Assembly (NCBI RefSeq): GCF_964188315.1
Contig: NC_135668.1
Location: forward strand, 24,304,001 to 24,368,000
Direction: 5' to 3'
Length of the DNA stretch: 64,000 nucleotides
Origin: Podarcis muralis
Lineage: Eukaryota
Part shown: one piece after another, positions 36,181 to 48,563 of the stretch
Layout of the letters: each line of letters starts with the position of its first letter
How positions within the stretch are numbered: the stretch's first letter is position 1
The notes under the pieces: model-generated
What the model saw: only the letters and a program-made list of their open reading frames with translations
Database searches by the model: none
Told to the model about the DNA's origin: nothing
Made by a program: the position numbers and the translations under genes

Positions 36181-36477
36181 CCAGCCAATGATTTATTTGC
36201 TGTTGTTTTTTGGATATATTTTTTTTAGATGATTATGATGATCATTTTGTACATCACATTGAAACATGGGGGGGGGGGAGGGAGGCCATTATTATTACTA
36301 TCATTATTATTAGTACTCCTGCTTAGCATTCTTCTTTCATCAGCTTGATTTAAGTGATTTTGTTGCTGCTAATGTTAACTTATTTGCCCTTATGCCAACT
36401 GCAAACTGCTTCTGCCTTTTGGATGAGGTCCACATAACCTTCTTGTCTGCTTTCACGAATGTAAGTTTGGTTAGGAA

Positions 36478-36544
36478 GAGAAGGGAAGGGAAGGGAAGGG
36501 AAGGGAAGGGAAGGGAAGGGAAGGGAAGGGAAGGGAAGGGAAGG
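36478..36544. repeat. (GGAAG)n polypurine microsatellite
   Basis: Directly visible. Confidence 0.95.
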
Positions 36545-36687
36545 ACAGGGTTGGGTCAAGCTGCACAATACTTGTTTTTTGGCACATCCTTGAAAAAAGC
36601 TTCCCGTTCTTCCTGAGAATTTTCCAAGAAACCTTGTGAAAACCAAGTTTAGTTTGAAGTGAGCCAGGTGGTGGTATTTGGGGGAGC

Positions 36688-36999
36688 TCACAATCTCTGC
36701 TCCCAGCAAACAGTGCAGAAAGCGAGAGAGTGAGAGAGAACTTTTATATTGCCAAATAATGGAAAGTCGGCAATGACTTTGTTTAATGAGTCGTTATCTG
36801 CAACTGAGCTTCCGAACCAGAAACTTTTGTTCATTGCGGTGGTCATCATCTCTGGAGAAGGAGCACCAAAGGTTTCAACCGTAACATACACCCCCACACC
36901 CCCTTGCAAGGAACTTGCTGAGATCAAGAGGACCCCGAAGGAAGCCAGCAAAGGAATGAGTGAAAGCGGAAGTTTTTGTTTGGATTTCTCATTAGTCAT
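36688..36999 (-). CDS. Hypothetical small ORF (103 aa) with a signal-peptide-like N-terminus; coding status unproven
   Basis: True ATG in the context agatcATGa. Basic n-region, hydrophobic LPLSLIPLLASFGVLLISA, and sequons NKS and NDS. Lies in repeat-free sequence. No homologue recognised. Confidence 0.2.
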   Translation of the reverse strand: MTNEKSKQKLPLSLIPLLASFGVLLISASSLQGGVGVYVTVETFGAPSPEMMTTAMNKSFWFGSSVADNDSLNKVIADFPLFGNIKVLSHSLAFCTVCWEQRL

Positions 37000-37799
37000 G
37001 ATCTCCAGCCTCCTTTATCCTTGTGGCGTTCACATCCTCTCTGCAACTCAAAATCCGGGGCTAGGACAATAACAACGTGATATGAAGGATATTGGAGAGC
37101 ATGGAACGGGTGGTCAAAGGCAGCCCCAGGTCCAGCTGTGTTTAGTTTGCCGATACCCATGTGTTCCTTGTTAGGCTCTCTTCCAGCCCTCCTCCACCTC
37201 TTGTTTCTATTCTTCACAGTCCAAAAGTATGAACCAATTAGAGTCCACAGAGTGAGCTGTTTACCACCCCCCTGCCTTGACACAGCTATTTTCTGCCTGC
37301 TATCAGCAAAAAAGCAAAGAAGGGTAACAAGACTAAGCTCCTTTCTCTTAAGATTTTTTTTAAAAAAACCAAAGCATAAATTGAACCAGAAGAAGGAAAC
37401 CGAGAAAAATAAAAAGACATCCAAGCTGTCTTAACCCCCCCCCCCCCGCCAAACCTCTTACCTAGGTGGTAACACCAGGAAAGGCTTAGCCAAGAAGAGC
37501 AGTCAGCTTTGGAGTGAAATCTATCACACTTGGTGTTCATATGGCTGCCTCATTGCAGCAGAGACCTCAGTCATGCGTTTCAAGAAAAAACAGGAATTGC
37601 ATGCCCAGAAGGAAGCTTTTCCTGGGGAGGCGAGAGAGCAGAACTTCCACCTGCTCAGCTAATCTCTCTCTGAAAGTGGGCATGGATAGGAAGCTGCCTT
37701 AGACACATCAAAGGCCCACCTAGCACTGTATTGTATTGACTGGCAATAGCTGTCCTGTGAGTCTTTCTATAGGGAGCCTTACCTGGGGATGCTGGGGAT

Positions 37800-38020
37800 A
37801 GGAACGTAAGAAGAGCCCCGCTGAATCAGGCCAGTGGCCCATCTAGTCCAACATCTGGTTCTAGTGGCCAGCAAAATGCCCAGAGGAAGTCCACAAGCAG
37901 GACCTGAGAGCAACAGCAAGTCTCCCCTCCAGCAGTGTCCAAAAACCAGATAGCGTGCTGCACCCGACCCTAGAGACAGAACATAGACATCTGGGTTAGT
38001 AGTGATGGATAGACAGATCC
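37800..38020 (-). mobile_element. CR1 3' end nested in a tRNA-Ala SINE
   Basis: aagaagagccccgctgaatcaggcc..ctagtccaacatc..agcaggacctgagagc, with SINE halves at 37715-37800 and 38030-38080. Confidence 0.7.
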
Positions 38021-39148
38021 TTCTTAAGGACTGAACCTGGGATAGTCAACATGCAAAACAGTTGCCCTGCCACTGAGCAAAGGTGCGTCTGTCAAAGGAG
38101 TTCTGTTCCTTCTCCAGACCAAAGCTAACCTGAGTGATTTCGGAGGGAGGCTCTTGCTGATTCCAAGGAGCCCTGTAATCTTCCCTCGTTCCACCTCTGC
38201 CTCCCATCTTCTGCCCTCCCACCCAAACTGAAAAGCAACAAGTTTCCCAAATGCATTTCCTTTCCCAGAGGCTGTTTATTCTGTTTAATGGCCACCTATC
38301 GCCTCCTCACTCATTCTTTTTTAGATTTACTAGACAAGCACCGAGCAAATTAGCACAAAATGCTTTCACTCAAGTGTCAGGTGGAATCAGGCTTGACGAA
38401 TACAATCCTGCTGGGCTTCCCAACCAGAGGAGTGGGTAGGCTGACAACATTGTCTCCTTCAATTAAAACGATGTTGCCTGCCTCACCAGAGCCCCAACCA
38501 AGCCCCAAGTCAAACCTATAACTTTTTAATGTCTTATTTTCATAAAGGCATTTTGACACGTGCTGCTGGGTTGGAGCAGGAGTGGGGAGGGAGGAATGAA
38601 AGAAAGAAGGGAAGGAAGGTTGTGGAGCGATAAAAACCAATCCCAATGTTGGAATTTTTATGATGTGTTTTAATAATAAGGGGGGGGGGCTTGCTTCAAA
38701 GGAAATATTTAAGTGACATGCTGATATGCAGCGAAGTGTGGATGTGTTCAAAAATAGCACCACAGCTGAACCTTGTAATGCAATATTTATAGCGTAAATC
38801 TTGCTAACATGCCATAAAAATGAATTTTCATTGTTGCAAAGACGTAAGTATGCAAGGCAAAAGAAGGGGGGGAGTGTGTGTTTTGTTGTCTCCATGCAAT
38901 GAGCGTGTGATCTTTTCCCAATCATCTAGGGAGGAGCTGTGTAAGGGCAGATCAGAACTCCAGAGGGCTATTACATTCATGAGACACCATACTGGGGCCA
39001 TTAGCCGACTGATTCTCATTGACATCTCCTTACAATGAGCTTGTGAGATTCTCTCCAGCTTCTCTGGAGGACTTGTGTAGGCAATGTTCATATTATATCA
39101 CACACTGAAACTAGGGATGTGCTGAGCAACTGATTCTGTCCTCTTTAA

Positions 39149-39380
39149 GGCCACGTTCACGCTCTACATTTAAATCACTGTGATACCTAAATCCATTGCT
39201 TCCCTCAAAGAATTCTGGGAGCTGTAATTTGTTAAGGGTGCTGGGAGTTGTTTCAGGAGACACCTCCCTCCCTCACAGAGCTACAGTTCCCAGAGCGGTT
39301 TAACAACCAGGAAATAACAACACGGGAAATATTGGGATTGCCTAACAACAGTCAGTGCTCTTAGCAAAGTACAGCTTTCC
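39149..39380. mobile_element. Palindromic MITE-like element (family of 18616 and 53227)
   Basis: Starts ggccacgttcacgc..acatttaaa. Core ctgggagctgtaatttgttaagggtgctgggagttgtt..agctacagttcccag. Confidence 0.65.
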
Positions 39381-39997
39381 AAAACAACACACTTACCATT
39401 CTTCGAAATTCACACGTTTCTGAATTTTTCAATGCAGTTCTCCAGCCAAGTAATATGTACAAAAATGCACATACTATGGTAAAATGTGCATAAGAATTCA
39501 TATATTCATGAATATAACATACCAAAATGCATTACATATAGTGCAGTTGCTTTTCAAAATTGTGTAGATTTTGGGGGAAAAGAAGTATACAAAAATGTGT
39601 ATGTTAGATTCAAGATGATGGTTGTTTTTTTAAAAGAAATAATTTGCAAACTGATATGGAACTGTGGAAAACTAAATTTAAGACTGGGAAAATGAGAATC
39701 TGAGATCTGCCCACTAAAATGGACAGATCTGTGCATCCCCAGCTGAAAGATCTCTAAGTCAATGTATCCTGTTAATGAGTATTATGGCAACTGACTAAGG
39801 GATGGAGAATCTAATTTGCAGCTCTAAATTGGAAACATACAGAGACACACATCCCGGTTGGAATACGTGCCACTAGTAAGCCAGCTTTGGATGTTTGCAT
39901 TCGTAACTTACATATTCTTGCAATAAACAGATTAAGTGAACAAATATTTCCCTTCCTGCAGGACTCCCCAGGGACCTCTGAGAATTATGGGCCTTGC

Positions 39998-40197
39998 NNN
40001 NNNNNNNNNNNNNNNNNNNNNNNNNNNNNNNNNNNNNNNNNNNNNNNNNNNNNNNNNNNNNNNNNNNNNNNNNNNNNNNNNNNNNNNNNNNNNNNNNNNN
40101 NNNNNNNNNNNNNNNNNNNNNNNNNNNNNNNNNNNNNNNNNNNNNNNNNNNNNNNNNNNNNNNNNNNNNNNNNNNNNNNNNNNNNNNNNNNNNNNNN
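39998..40197. other. Assembly gap (200 N)
   Basis: Run of N. Confidence 1.
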
Positions 40198-41254
40198 TTG
40201 CCTTCTCTCTCCACTGCAATTTCATTTCCTGTGGGGATCGGCAAAAGGGTTTATTGATTCTGCAGGGAGCAGGGAGCCCTCACATTTCCTCCTACCAGGG
40301 TCCTTGATATGAAAGTGGCTAAGAATAGCTATTTCACCTTACAAATCAAAGCTCTGGCATTTCCCCAACCCCCCTCCATTCAGACCGAAATCACGGAGAG
40401 TCACAGTTAAACAGGCTAGTTTTAAACAATATAATATGCCAGGATCAAAACAAACGTTGCTTGCTTTATCTTTCAAATCTGTGGCTAATAAATGTTGATC
40501 CAACAACCTTCCTGTCTGGAGGACACATTCAAGTCTTCACCTCTGGATAACATTTGAGTTGAGAAATTTAAGAATGGACAAATCCTTTCAATTTCATTTT
40601 CTCCCGTTTTTTCTCTTTCTGTACAATCCTAAATTCAGTTCTTTCCATTTCCATGTCAGTTTGTGATTATTATTATTGTTTAATAAAAACAACCAAGCTG
40701 ACATTTCATGTGCATTTCTTTGACTACTTTTTTGCATTATTGTACACAACTTTATAGAATATATACAACTTTGCAAGTAATTCCCCCTATTGTAGTAACC
40801 ACATTCTTTTACCCCACTTGGGATCAAGGGACATAATTGGCAAATTAGATAGCAGGGTCCAGAGATAGTCTGACATGCAAAACGTTTGAAGGGGGGGAGG
40901 GTCATGCACCCTTTGGGAGTTTTTTGTGGGGCAAGTGGACTGACCACTTAGTCTGCCCTGTCATTTTTGGCCAACCATGATACATGTCACGTCTGCATCT
41001 GTTGATGTTCATGCAGCACATTATTAAACTATGGAAGTCACTACTACTGGAGGCAGTGATGGCCACCAGCTTGGATGGCTTTTAAAGAGGATTAGACAAA
41101 CTCATGAAAGGAAAAGCTACCAATGGCTATCACTATTAATTTCATATCTATACCACTTTATATTTTGAAGAAAATATACTAGCTACAATGGCTATGGTCT
41201 ATGTCCACAGCTGGAGGTGGTAGTGCTGAAAACCACAGCGGGGTAGAGTGCTCA

Positions 41255-41646
41255 AAGTAAGGTAAGGTAAATGTAAAGGACCTCTGGATGGTTAAGTTCA
41301 GTCAAAGGCGACTATGCGGTTGTAGCGCTCATCTCGCTTTCAGGCTGAGGGAGCTGACATTTGTCCACAGACAGCTTTCCGGGTCATGCGGCCAGCAGGA
41401 CTGAACCGCTTCAGGCGCAATGGAATATTGTGACGGAAACCAGAGTGCACAGAAATGCTGTTTACCTTCTCACCGCAATGGTACCTATTCATCTACTTGC
41501 ACTGGCGTGCTTTCGAACTGCTAGGTTGGCAGGAGCTGGGACAGAGCAACAGGAGCTCACCCCGTTGCGGGGATTCGAACCACCAACCTTCCGATTTGCA
41601 AGCCCAAGAGGCTCAGTGGTTTAGACCACAGCGCCACCCGCGCCCC
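41255..41646 (-). mobile_element. Full-length older Sauria SINE nested in a CR1 3' end (41030-41250 plus 41650-41755)
   Basis: The reverse complement begins ggggcgcgggtggcgctgtggtctaaaccactgagcctcttgggcttgc..ggttcgaatccc. A degenerate (ACCTT)n tail lies at the left. Confidence 0.9.
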
Positions 41647-43570
41647 TGTCTCACTTGCAGGTTCCCTACAGGTATCTGGTTGTCCACCATGAGAACAGAG
41701 TCCTGGACTAGGTGGGCTTTTCACCTGATCCAGCAGGCTTGCCTTATGTTTCCCACCAAACCCCAATACAACAAAGTTGTGTCTTCCCTGGTATCATATA
41801 TGAGTTCAGGACTGATTTTGTTTATTAGTATACCTTTTTTCAATGTGTCTCAGTGTTGTTGTGCCCAAGATTAAATACCATAAAGTTATTGTGGAGGGGG
41901 GGGGGGTGCCTCTTGACACAAGCCAGCCTCCATCAACTGCACTAAATATGTCAAAGCAAAAGCTGATGTCCCTTTAGCTCAGTAGATTAGAGCATCATGA
42001 AGAAATGTGGATTCTCTCTCCTCCCCCAAAAAGCAAGACTTACAGGCAAACACTTAAGTGATCCACCTTATTTTTCCCTTGTGATATGAAATGTAGGTTT
42101 TACTACCAACCGTATATAATTCATTCAATTTATTGCTTGTATAATTTCCCCCTCTTCCCAACTAAATTTCACTTTATCCACTTCAAGATGTTACTACCCC
42201 ACGGAGTTGGGTTTTGAGGGTTTGGGGGTTATAATATCTTTCTTATATAACCTTCTCCAAGCTCCTCCTAACCCCAAATATAAATTTTGATTCTCCTTGG
42301 GTTTGGACAAGATTAAATGTAATTTAAGCACTGCAGTCCTACTAGGGGCTTCCCAAGGGCATCTGGGTGGCCATTTTGAGAACAGGATGCTGGACTGGAT
42401 GGGCTTTAGCCTAATCCATTAGGGCTCTTTTTATGCTCTTATGTTCATTTATAGCATCTGCTGATAATGTGATCCTCCCCCCAAAGTGGATATAAAGTAT
42501 AGCTAAGCTGTAACTGTTTCCCCTGCTTTGCACTCATTTCAGAAAAGCTGGATTTGGGGCAATTTTTGGCACCTTCAGGTTGTTCTTATTGGTGTGATTT
42601 CCCCCCTCACGGCCCTCATCTGCCCAGTCATTTGATTTAGTTGGCTATGGCAACTGATGGAAATTTGTCAATGCTGTGGCATTGCAGGCCTACGGAGATA
42701 ACGTGCTCCTGTAAATGAATTCACATGCACTGCCACAACCAACAGGATTAAATGGAAGCGTGGTTAACTTTGGGTGAGGCTAGTGAGAGCAAAGGAAGGG
42801 AATAGCACCCCAGAAACAAGAGTGGCAAAGTGCCTTGAAACAATTACATTATTCAGTGAGGTAAGTATGGTTGTTGTTGTTGTTGTTAGTTTGAGGGATT
42901 TTTCCTCTCTCCAACTATGTCAAATGTGCCTCTTTAGAGGTGACTATCAAACTCAGGCAGCATTTACTGTGACTCTAATTTTAACTGGTGGTCTAGTTCA
43001 CATCCCTCGCTTATTTTTCAAAATGAGGTACACATATGGCATGGAAAGATGACCCCACCTCTATACAGTCCTTATAAGAGACTGGAAGGAAAGCAAATAT
43101 GGCTTCCTGCCAGTGTTTTGTGTTAACGTGAAGTGCAGAGGTGAGTTTTAATGCTTCAACATCATTCATGAAATATTATATAGATAATTTGTACTCAGAA
43201 TAACATGCGAGCTCTCTAAGGAAACATTAAAATAAATAGCTCCTTTAACTCTTTTGTACCTTGATCGTATCTTATTTTGATGAATCAATAAAAGGGAGAT
43301 GCAAGATTGATGGAGAACAGATCAGCAGGGCAATCATGTACTTTATTACATATTTATGAGTCTGAAAGATCAAAGGATGCTTTTTTTAATGCACGTAACT
43401 TGGCAAATGTGTGTTGCCGCTTTCGGAAATATTCCCAGCGACTTTTGCAGAAATACGGAAGGAGCTGGCACCATTCCCGCAAAGCTATTCAGCAGGACTT
43501 TGAGTGATGGAAGGGTTTAAAAAAGCACATCTCCTGCCTTAGCATTCGGGACATGCATACAGTCTACAAT

Positions 43571-43572
<2 letters not shown>

Positions 43573-43606
<34 letters not shown>
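43573..43606. repeat. (GT)n microsatellite
   Basis: Directly visible. Confidence 0.95.
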
Positions 43607-43607
<1 letters not shown>

Positions 43608-44898
43608 TTCCCGCTGGAAACAGCTAGCTAACAGTAACATTCTGAAGGGTTTTTCAAGCTAAGTTATGTGAAACTTTTTTTTCTAGGTCCCTTTTGCATC
43701 TTGTTTGTCCACAGAAATTGACACACATGGAAACTTCCAGTTGGGTGTCTTGTGTCTGCAGTACTTCTTATGTCCAACGCCCATTCAATCTTTCACATAC
43801 AACCCTTTCCACATTGACGCACATATCCCAGTGTTGATCAGGAGTGGTTGGTGGAGCTGCTGCCAATTACCAGGAGGGATGAGGCACTGTAGAGGCTGGT
43901 GCTGTTGGTGCCCCCCTCCCCCGCCACTGCCAGGAGGCCAGGTGGGTGACACTGCCCCTCCTCACCAGTCACTCCTGATTGGGAGAGCACTGCCTGATCC
44001 CATCTCCCCCGTCACATAAACAGCTCCACCTGGTCTCTAGACTTACAGTGAAAATGAATCCTGATAAGACGGGGAATCTGTGTGAGAGTCGTTCCTGAGA
44101 CTGATAATCTAAAAATGGCTGGTTCTGCAATTCTGTTGTGAAGGAACAGGTACATATTCCGCCATATTCCGATGGTGCTGCTGGGTCCATCATTGCCAGT
44201 AGAGGGCCAGGTGACTTCTGTGGCAAGAAGTAACCACTACCAACTTTAGTAGTGGGTGTGCTGGTTACACTAATTTCTCAACACGGATAGTCAAAACAAA
44301 AAAAATTCCTTCCAGTAGCACCTTAAAGACCAACTAAGTTAGTTCTTGGTATGAGCTTTCGTGTGCATGCACACTTCTTCTGAACATGGATAGCTTTGCC
44401 ACTGGTGCCCATAAACTGAAAATGTCACAATTGGATTACTATTGTGCACTTTCTGTGTAGCTGTCTTTGGAGCTGTGCTTGGGCCTGGTGTGGAGGCTCC
44501 CCCTTTCACAGAAACCTGGGGAAATTCTCCCTTTTCCAACCCATTCAGCCTTCCTCATCCATCAGAGTCTGCCAAACCAAGCCCAAACCTCCAGTGCTGT
44601 GGGGCTTTTTGGTTATTTTTAGTTGATATTATTCTTAGTTAATTGCCTACATTTAAAATGTTTCTAGATGTTATTAAAATTTCTAAATGTGTTAACCCCC
44701 CCCCCCCCTTTTTAACATTTTAATTGTGCTGTTTTACTGCTTTGTTGTTTGCCACTCTGGGCTCCTCTGAGAGGAAAGGCAAAAGACAAATTAAATCAAT
44801 CAAATAATAAATCTAAGTACTGTGTTTTAATGATGCACGTTTTAGAGAGTTGACTCTTTTATTGTAAACCACTTCAAGAAATTCATGTGTATATGTGC

Positions 44899-44899
<1 letters not shown>

Positions 44900-44946
<47 letters not shown>
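44900..44946. repeat. Compound (AT)n(AG)n microsatellite
   Basis: Directly visible. Confidence 0.95.
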
Positions 44947-44950
<4 letters not shown>

Positions 44951-45002
44951 AATAAATATATATACCGTAGTTTAAATAAATAAAGAAATAAGAAGTTCTA
45001 CC

Positions 45003-45173
45003 TAAGGCTAGCCCTACTCAGAGTACACCCACTGAAATGAATGAACCTAAGGTACTTAGTTGTGAGAGCTGCATTGCAGATGGCCCCTTCCAGTTCTACA
45101 GTTCTATGATTCTATGAATAGTCATGCCCATTGACTTCAGTACTCCTTGTAGGGTTAGCATTGGATACAACCC
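45003..45173. mobile_element. Short palindromic MITE-like element with a CR1-type tail inserted
   Basis: ctactcagagtacacccactgaaatgaatga / catgcccattgacttcagtactc. Relatives at about 34586-34702 and 54622-54733. Confidence 0.55.
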
Positions 45174-45819
45174 TGAGCTTTTGTGTGTGTGTGTGTTTAA
45201 ACTTCTGAGCAGTTGGAATATTCATAAGCATTCTATAACATCTGGGTTTATTCTATGCACTTGACCTGGGAGGCACTTGACCCTGGGGCCACTGCCCACA
45301 AAGCTACCCATTTCAAAAGCTGCAACCTGCATTTCCTTTCCATTTTCCCCTGCCACCCCCACCTTGTGTTGTTAACACTGGGTCTTCTGCCTCTCTTCCC
45401 TTGCTGCTTCATTATTTATTTACTTATTTGTCAGGGTCAGGATGGAGCTTGATTGACTCCTGGGTGCTGCAAAAATCTGTCAGGAGGTGCAAATATATAC
45501 AGCGCCTGCCAACGCCGTCAACAAAAACATCAGGATGGTACCTGCAAAGCTACAAAGTGGCAGGAAAGACAAGCTTTGACATTTCTCACAGTTTGACAGG
45601 TGTTGCCAATATTTAAAATAAAGCGGGGTAGGGGGAACCAAGCAGCTGATTTGGTCCTCTGGCCATTTATTATTAGAAAATGAGGAGGAGGATATGAATT
45701 AAATTCAGAAGAGGTAGTTGAATTCACCAATGGGTTTCTTTTCCACTGCACACGTTCAGCACTCTTCAGAGTGTTTTTTCTTCTTTTTCTTTTTACCTTA
45801 TCTTAGTAATATAATTATC

Positions 45820-47719
45820 TAACTGTCCCCAGAGCCCAAGGTTCCCCATCCCTGTTGCTCCGCCGTGACCTCCCTGCCAATTTAGATACAGTGACTGAAC
45901 TGGAGGCCCCTCGACTGACTTCAGGTCCAGTGTTGGACCATTTTGATTGGATACTCCCTACTGATGTGGATAGATTCCTCCAAGTTGGTAGGCCCACCAC
46001 CTGCCTCCTTGATCCGTGCCCGTCTTGGCTGATTAGGGAGTGTCCAGATGTTGCGCGGACCCCCCTGGTTGAAATTATCAATTTGTCCCTTGACACGGGG
46101 ACATTCCCAGGGGAACTGAAGGAAGCAGTGGTGTGTCTACTCTTAAAGAAAATTTCATTAGATCCCTTAGACCTATCCAATTACTGCCCAGTTTCAAATC
46201 TTCCATACCAGGGTAAGGTAATTGAGAGAGCGGTTGCTGAACAGCTTGGTAGGTTTCTGGAGGAAACATCGGCATTAGATCCATTTCAGTCTGGTTTCCG
46301 TTCTGGTTTTGGGACGGAGACGGCTCTGGTTGCCCTAACAGATGATCTCCGTAGACAACTGGATCGAGGCGGGTCAGGACTGCTGATCCTTTTAGATTTG
46401 TCAGCAGCCTTTGACATGGTCGATCATGATCTTTTGGACCACCGTCTCGCAGACGTGGGGATACAGGGCATAGCCCGTACCTGGTTGTGCTCTTTTATCT
46501 CTGGTCGGGGACAGAGGGTGGCTCTAGGGAGGGAAATGTTGTCGCGCCACTCCTTGGTGTGTGGAGTGCCGCAGGGCGCAATTCTCTCCCCAATGCTTTT
46601 TAACATCTTTATGCGCCCCCTTGCCCAGATTATCTGGAGCTTTGGGCTGGGCTGTCACCAATATGCTGATGACACTCAGCTTTATCTGCTGATGGATGGC
46701 CACACCGACTTGGCCCTGAACACACTGACCAGATGTTTGGAAGCTGTGGCTGGATGGTTTTGTGGGAGCTGATTGAAACTAAATCCTTCGAAGACAGAGG
46801 TCCTATGGCTAGGTTGGGATGGCATGGGGATGAGGGACCAACTCCCTTCTCTTGCGGGGGCCCAATTAGTGCCATTGCCTTCCGTTAAGAGTTTGGGTGT
46901 AATCCTTGACGCCTCCCTTTCCATGGAGGCGCAAGTTACAGCAACAGCCAAGGCAACATTTTTCCACCTTCGCCGCATCAAGCAGTTGGTCCCTTACCTT
47001 TCCCGCCCCGACCTGGCCACAGTGATCCATGCGACGGTCATCTCCAGGCTTGACTATTGTAATTCGCTCTATGCAGGGCTGCCCTTGAAGCTGTCCCAGA
47101 AACTCCAGCGGGTACAGAATGCTGCAGCGAGGCTCCTCACGGGGTCTCTGCCATGGGAGCATATTCACCCAGTGCTTTTCAAGCTGCACTGGCTCCCGGT
47201 GGAGTACAGGGTCAGATTTAAGGTGCTGCTTTTGACCTTTAAAGCCCTTCACAGCCTAGGACCCTCGTACCTACAGGACCGCCTCTCCCGGTATGCCCCA
47301 CGGAGAGCCTCAAGGTCCATAAATAACAACACCCTAGTGGTCCCAGGCCCTAAGGAAGTTAGATTGGCTTCAACCAGAGCCAGGGCCTTTTCAACTCTGG
47401 CTCCGGCCTTGTGGAACGCTCTGCCTCATGAGACCAGGGCCCTGCAGGATCTGATTTCTTTCCGCAGGGCCTGTAAGACAGAGTTGTTCCACCTGGCCTT
47501 TGGCTTGGAGCCAATTTGATTCCCTCCTTCCCTCTCTTTCTTTTTTCTTTTCCTTCTCCTCCTGCGATGAGGCTATATTATAATATTTTAATGTTCCATT
47601 ATTTTAATGTTGTATTTTATTTTTGTTTTTAAGTTGTAATCATTCATCTTGTTTTTATTATTGCTTGTAAGCCGCTCTGAGCCTGGCCTTGGCTGGGGAG
47701 GGCGGGGTATAAATAAAAA

Positions 47720-47781
<62 letters not shown>

Positions 47782-47787
47782 CATCAT
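45820..47787 (+). mobile_element. L2-clade LINE, 5'-truncated, with RT domain, 3' UTR and (ATT)n tail
   Basis: RT motifs PFQSGFR, LLDLSAAFD, GVPQGAILSPMLF and YADDTQLY, plus the L2-type C-terminus RLDYCNS..HWLPV..RVRFK..RAFS..APALWNALP. Tail at about 47720-47787. Confidence 0.96.
45855..47519 (+). pseudogene. L2 ORF2 (reverse transcriptase) broken by a single in-frame TGA at 46770-46772
   Basis: ORFs 45855-46772 and 46773-47519 are in the same frame and directly adjacent; no frameshift is visible. Confidence 0.92.
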
Positions 47788-48563
47788 CCCTGATGTAGGA
47801 TGAATATTCTCAGTAGCCTTTTCCCAACAGCCTATGACACTAGTAAGATTGCTAACTATGTTGGCTATCAGAAATTAGTAGTTTTCATTGGAAACCTCCC
47901 CCCCTTCGATTGTGTGTGTGTGGGAGACCCAAAATGTGTAGCATCATGTTTGCAGCTATATGTTTCACATCTTTTACTCAATTTTGGCCCAAGTGCTCAA
48001 ATTAACTGGAACAGCTCAATAATGCAGTGAAACGATTTTTGGTGGCATCACTGAAAGGATGCAGAAGAGATCTGTAAATATTTCAGATTTCACTGGTGGA
48101 TAGAATTGTTCATAGAGGCTGTGGTGCTGTCTGTCTTCTGCACATTATACACTAGAATGTTTCTCATTTTAATCTGTTAACTGCCATGGATCAGTGATTA
48201 ATCACATCTGTATTGAGATAGCAGCATTTTTAGTATAAAACTATACAACTGTAGGGCATGGATAGATGAATAAAAAGCTGTAACTTCCTAGTCAATTTTT
48301 ACTGATGGAGATATCAAGAAAAACGTTCAGGCGGAATTCTACCCAGTTGCATGGAAAGAAGAAGGTCAGGTCATATTCTGTTCTAACTGTGAGTGAAGGG
48401 CAACACAGAATGCAAAAACTTGAGGGTAATGCATGCAGGACAGGTCAGAATGAAGTTAGGAACATAAGAAGATGCCTGGTATTGAGCCAGATGATTGGTC
48501 CATCTAGCACAGTGTTGTCTGTACTGACTGGCATCATTCCTACCTAAGGATACTGGGGATATA

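Noticed and set aside
36478-36544. (GGAAG)n as a functional triplex element
   Set aside because: An ordinary microsatellite; nothing in the sequence indicates function.
37138-37434. GPCR TM7-like peptide (PPCLDTAIFCLL..KKQRR) on the plus strand
   Set aside because: No NPxxY/DPxxY motif, no upstream TM helices in frame, and the basic tail comes from an A-rich low-complexity run.
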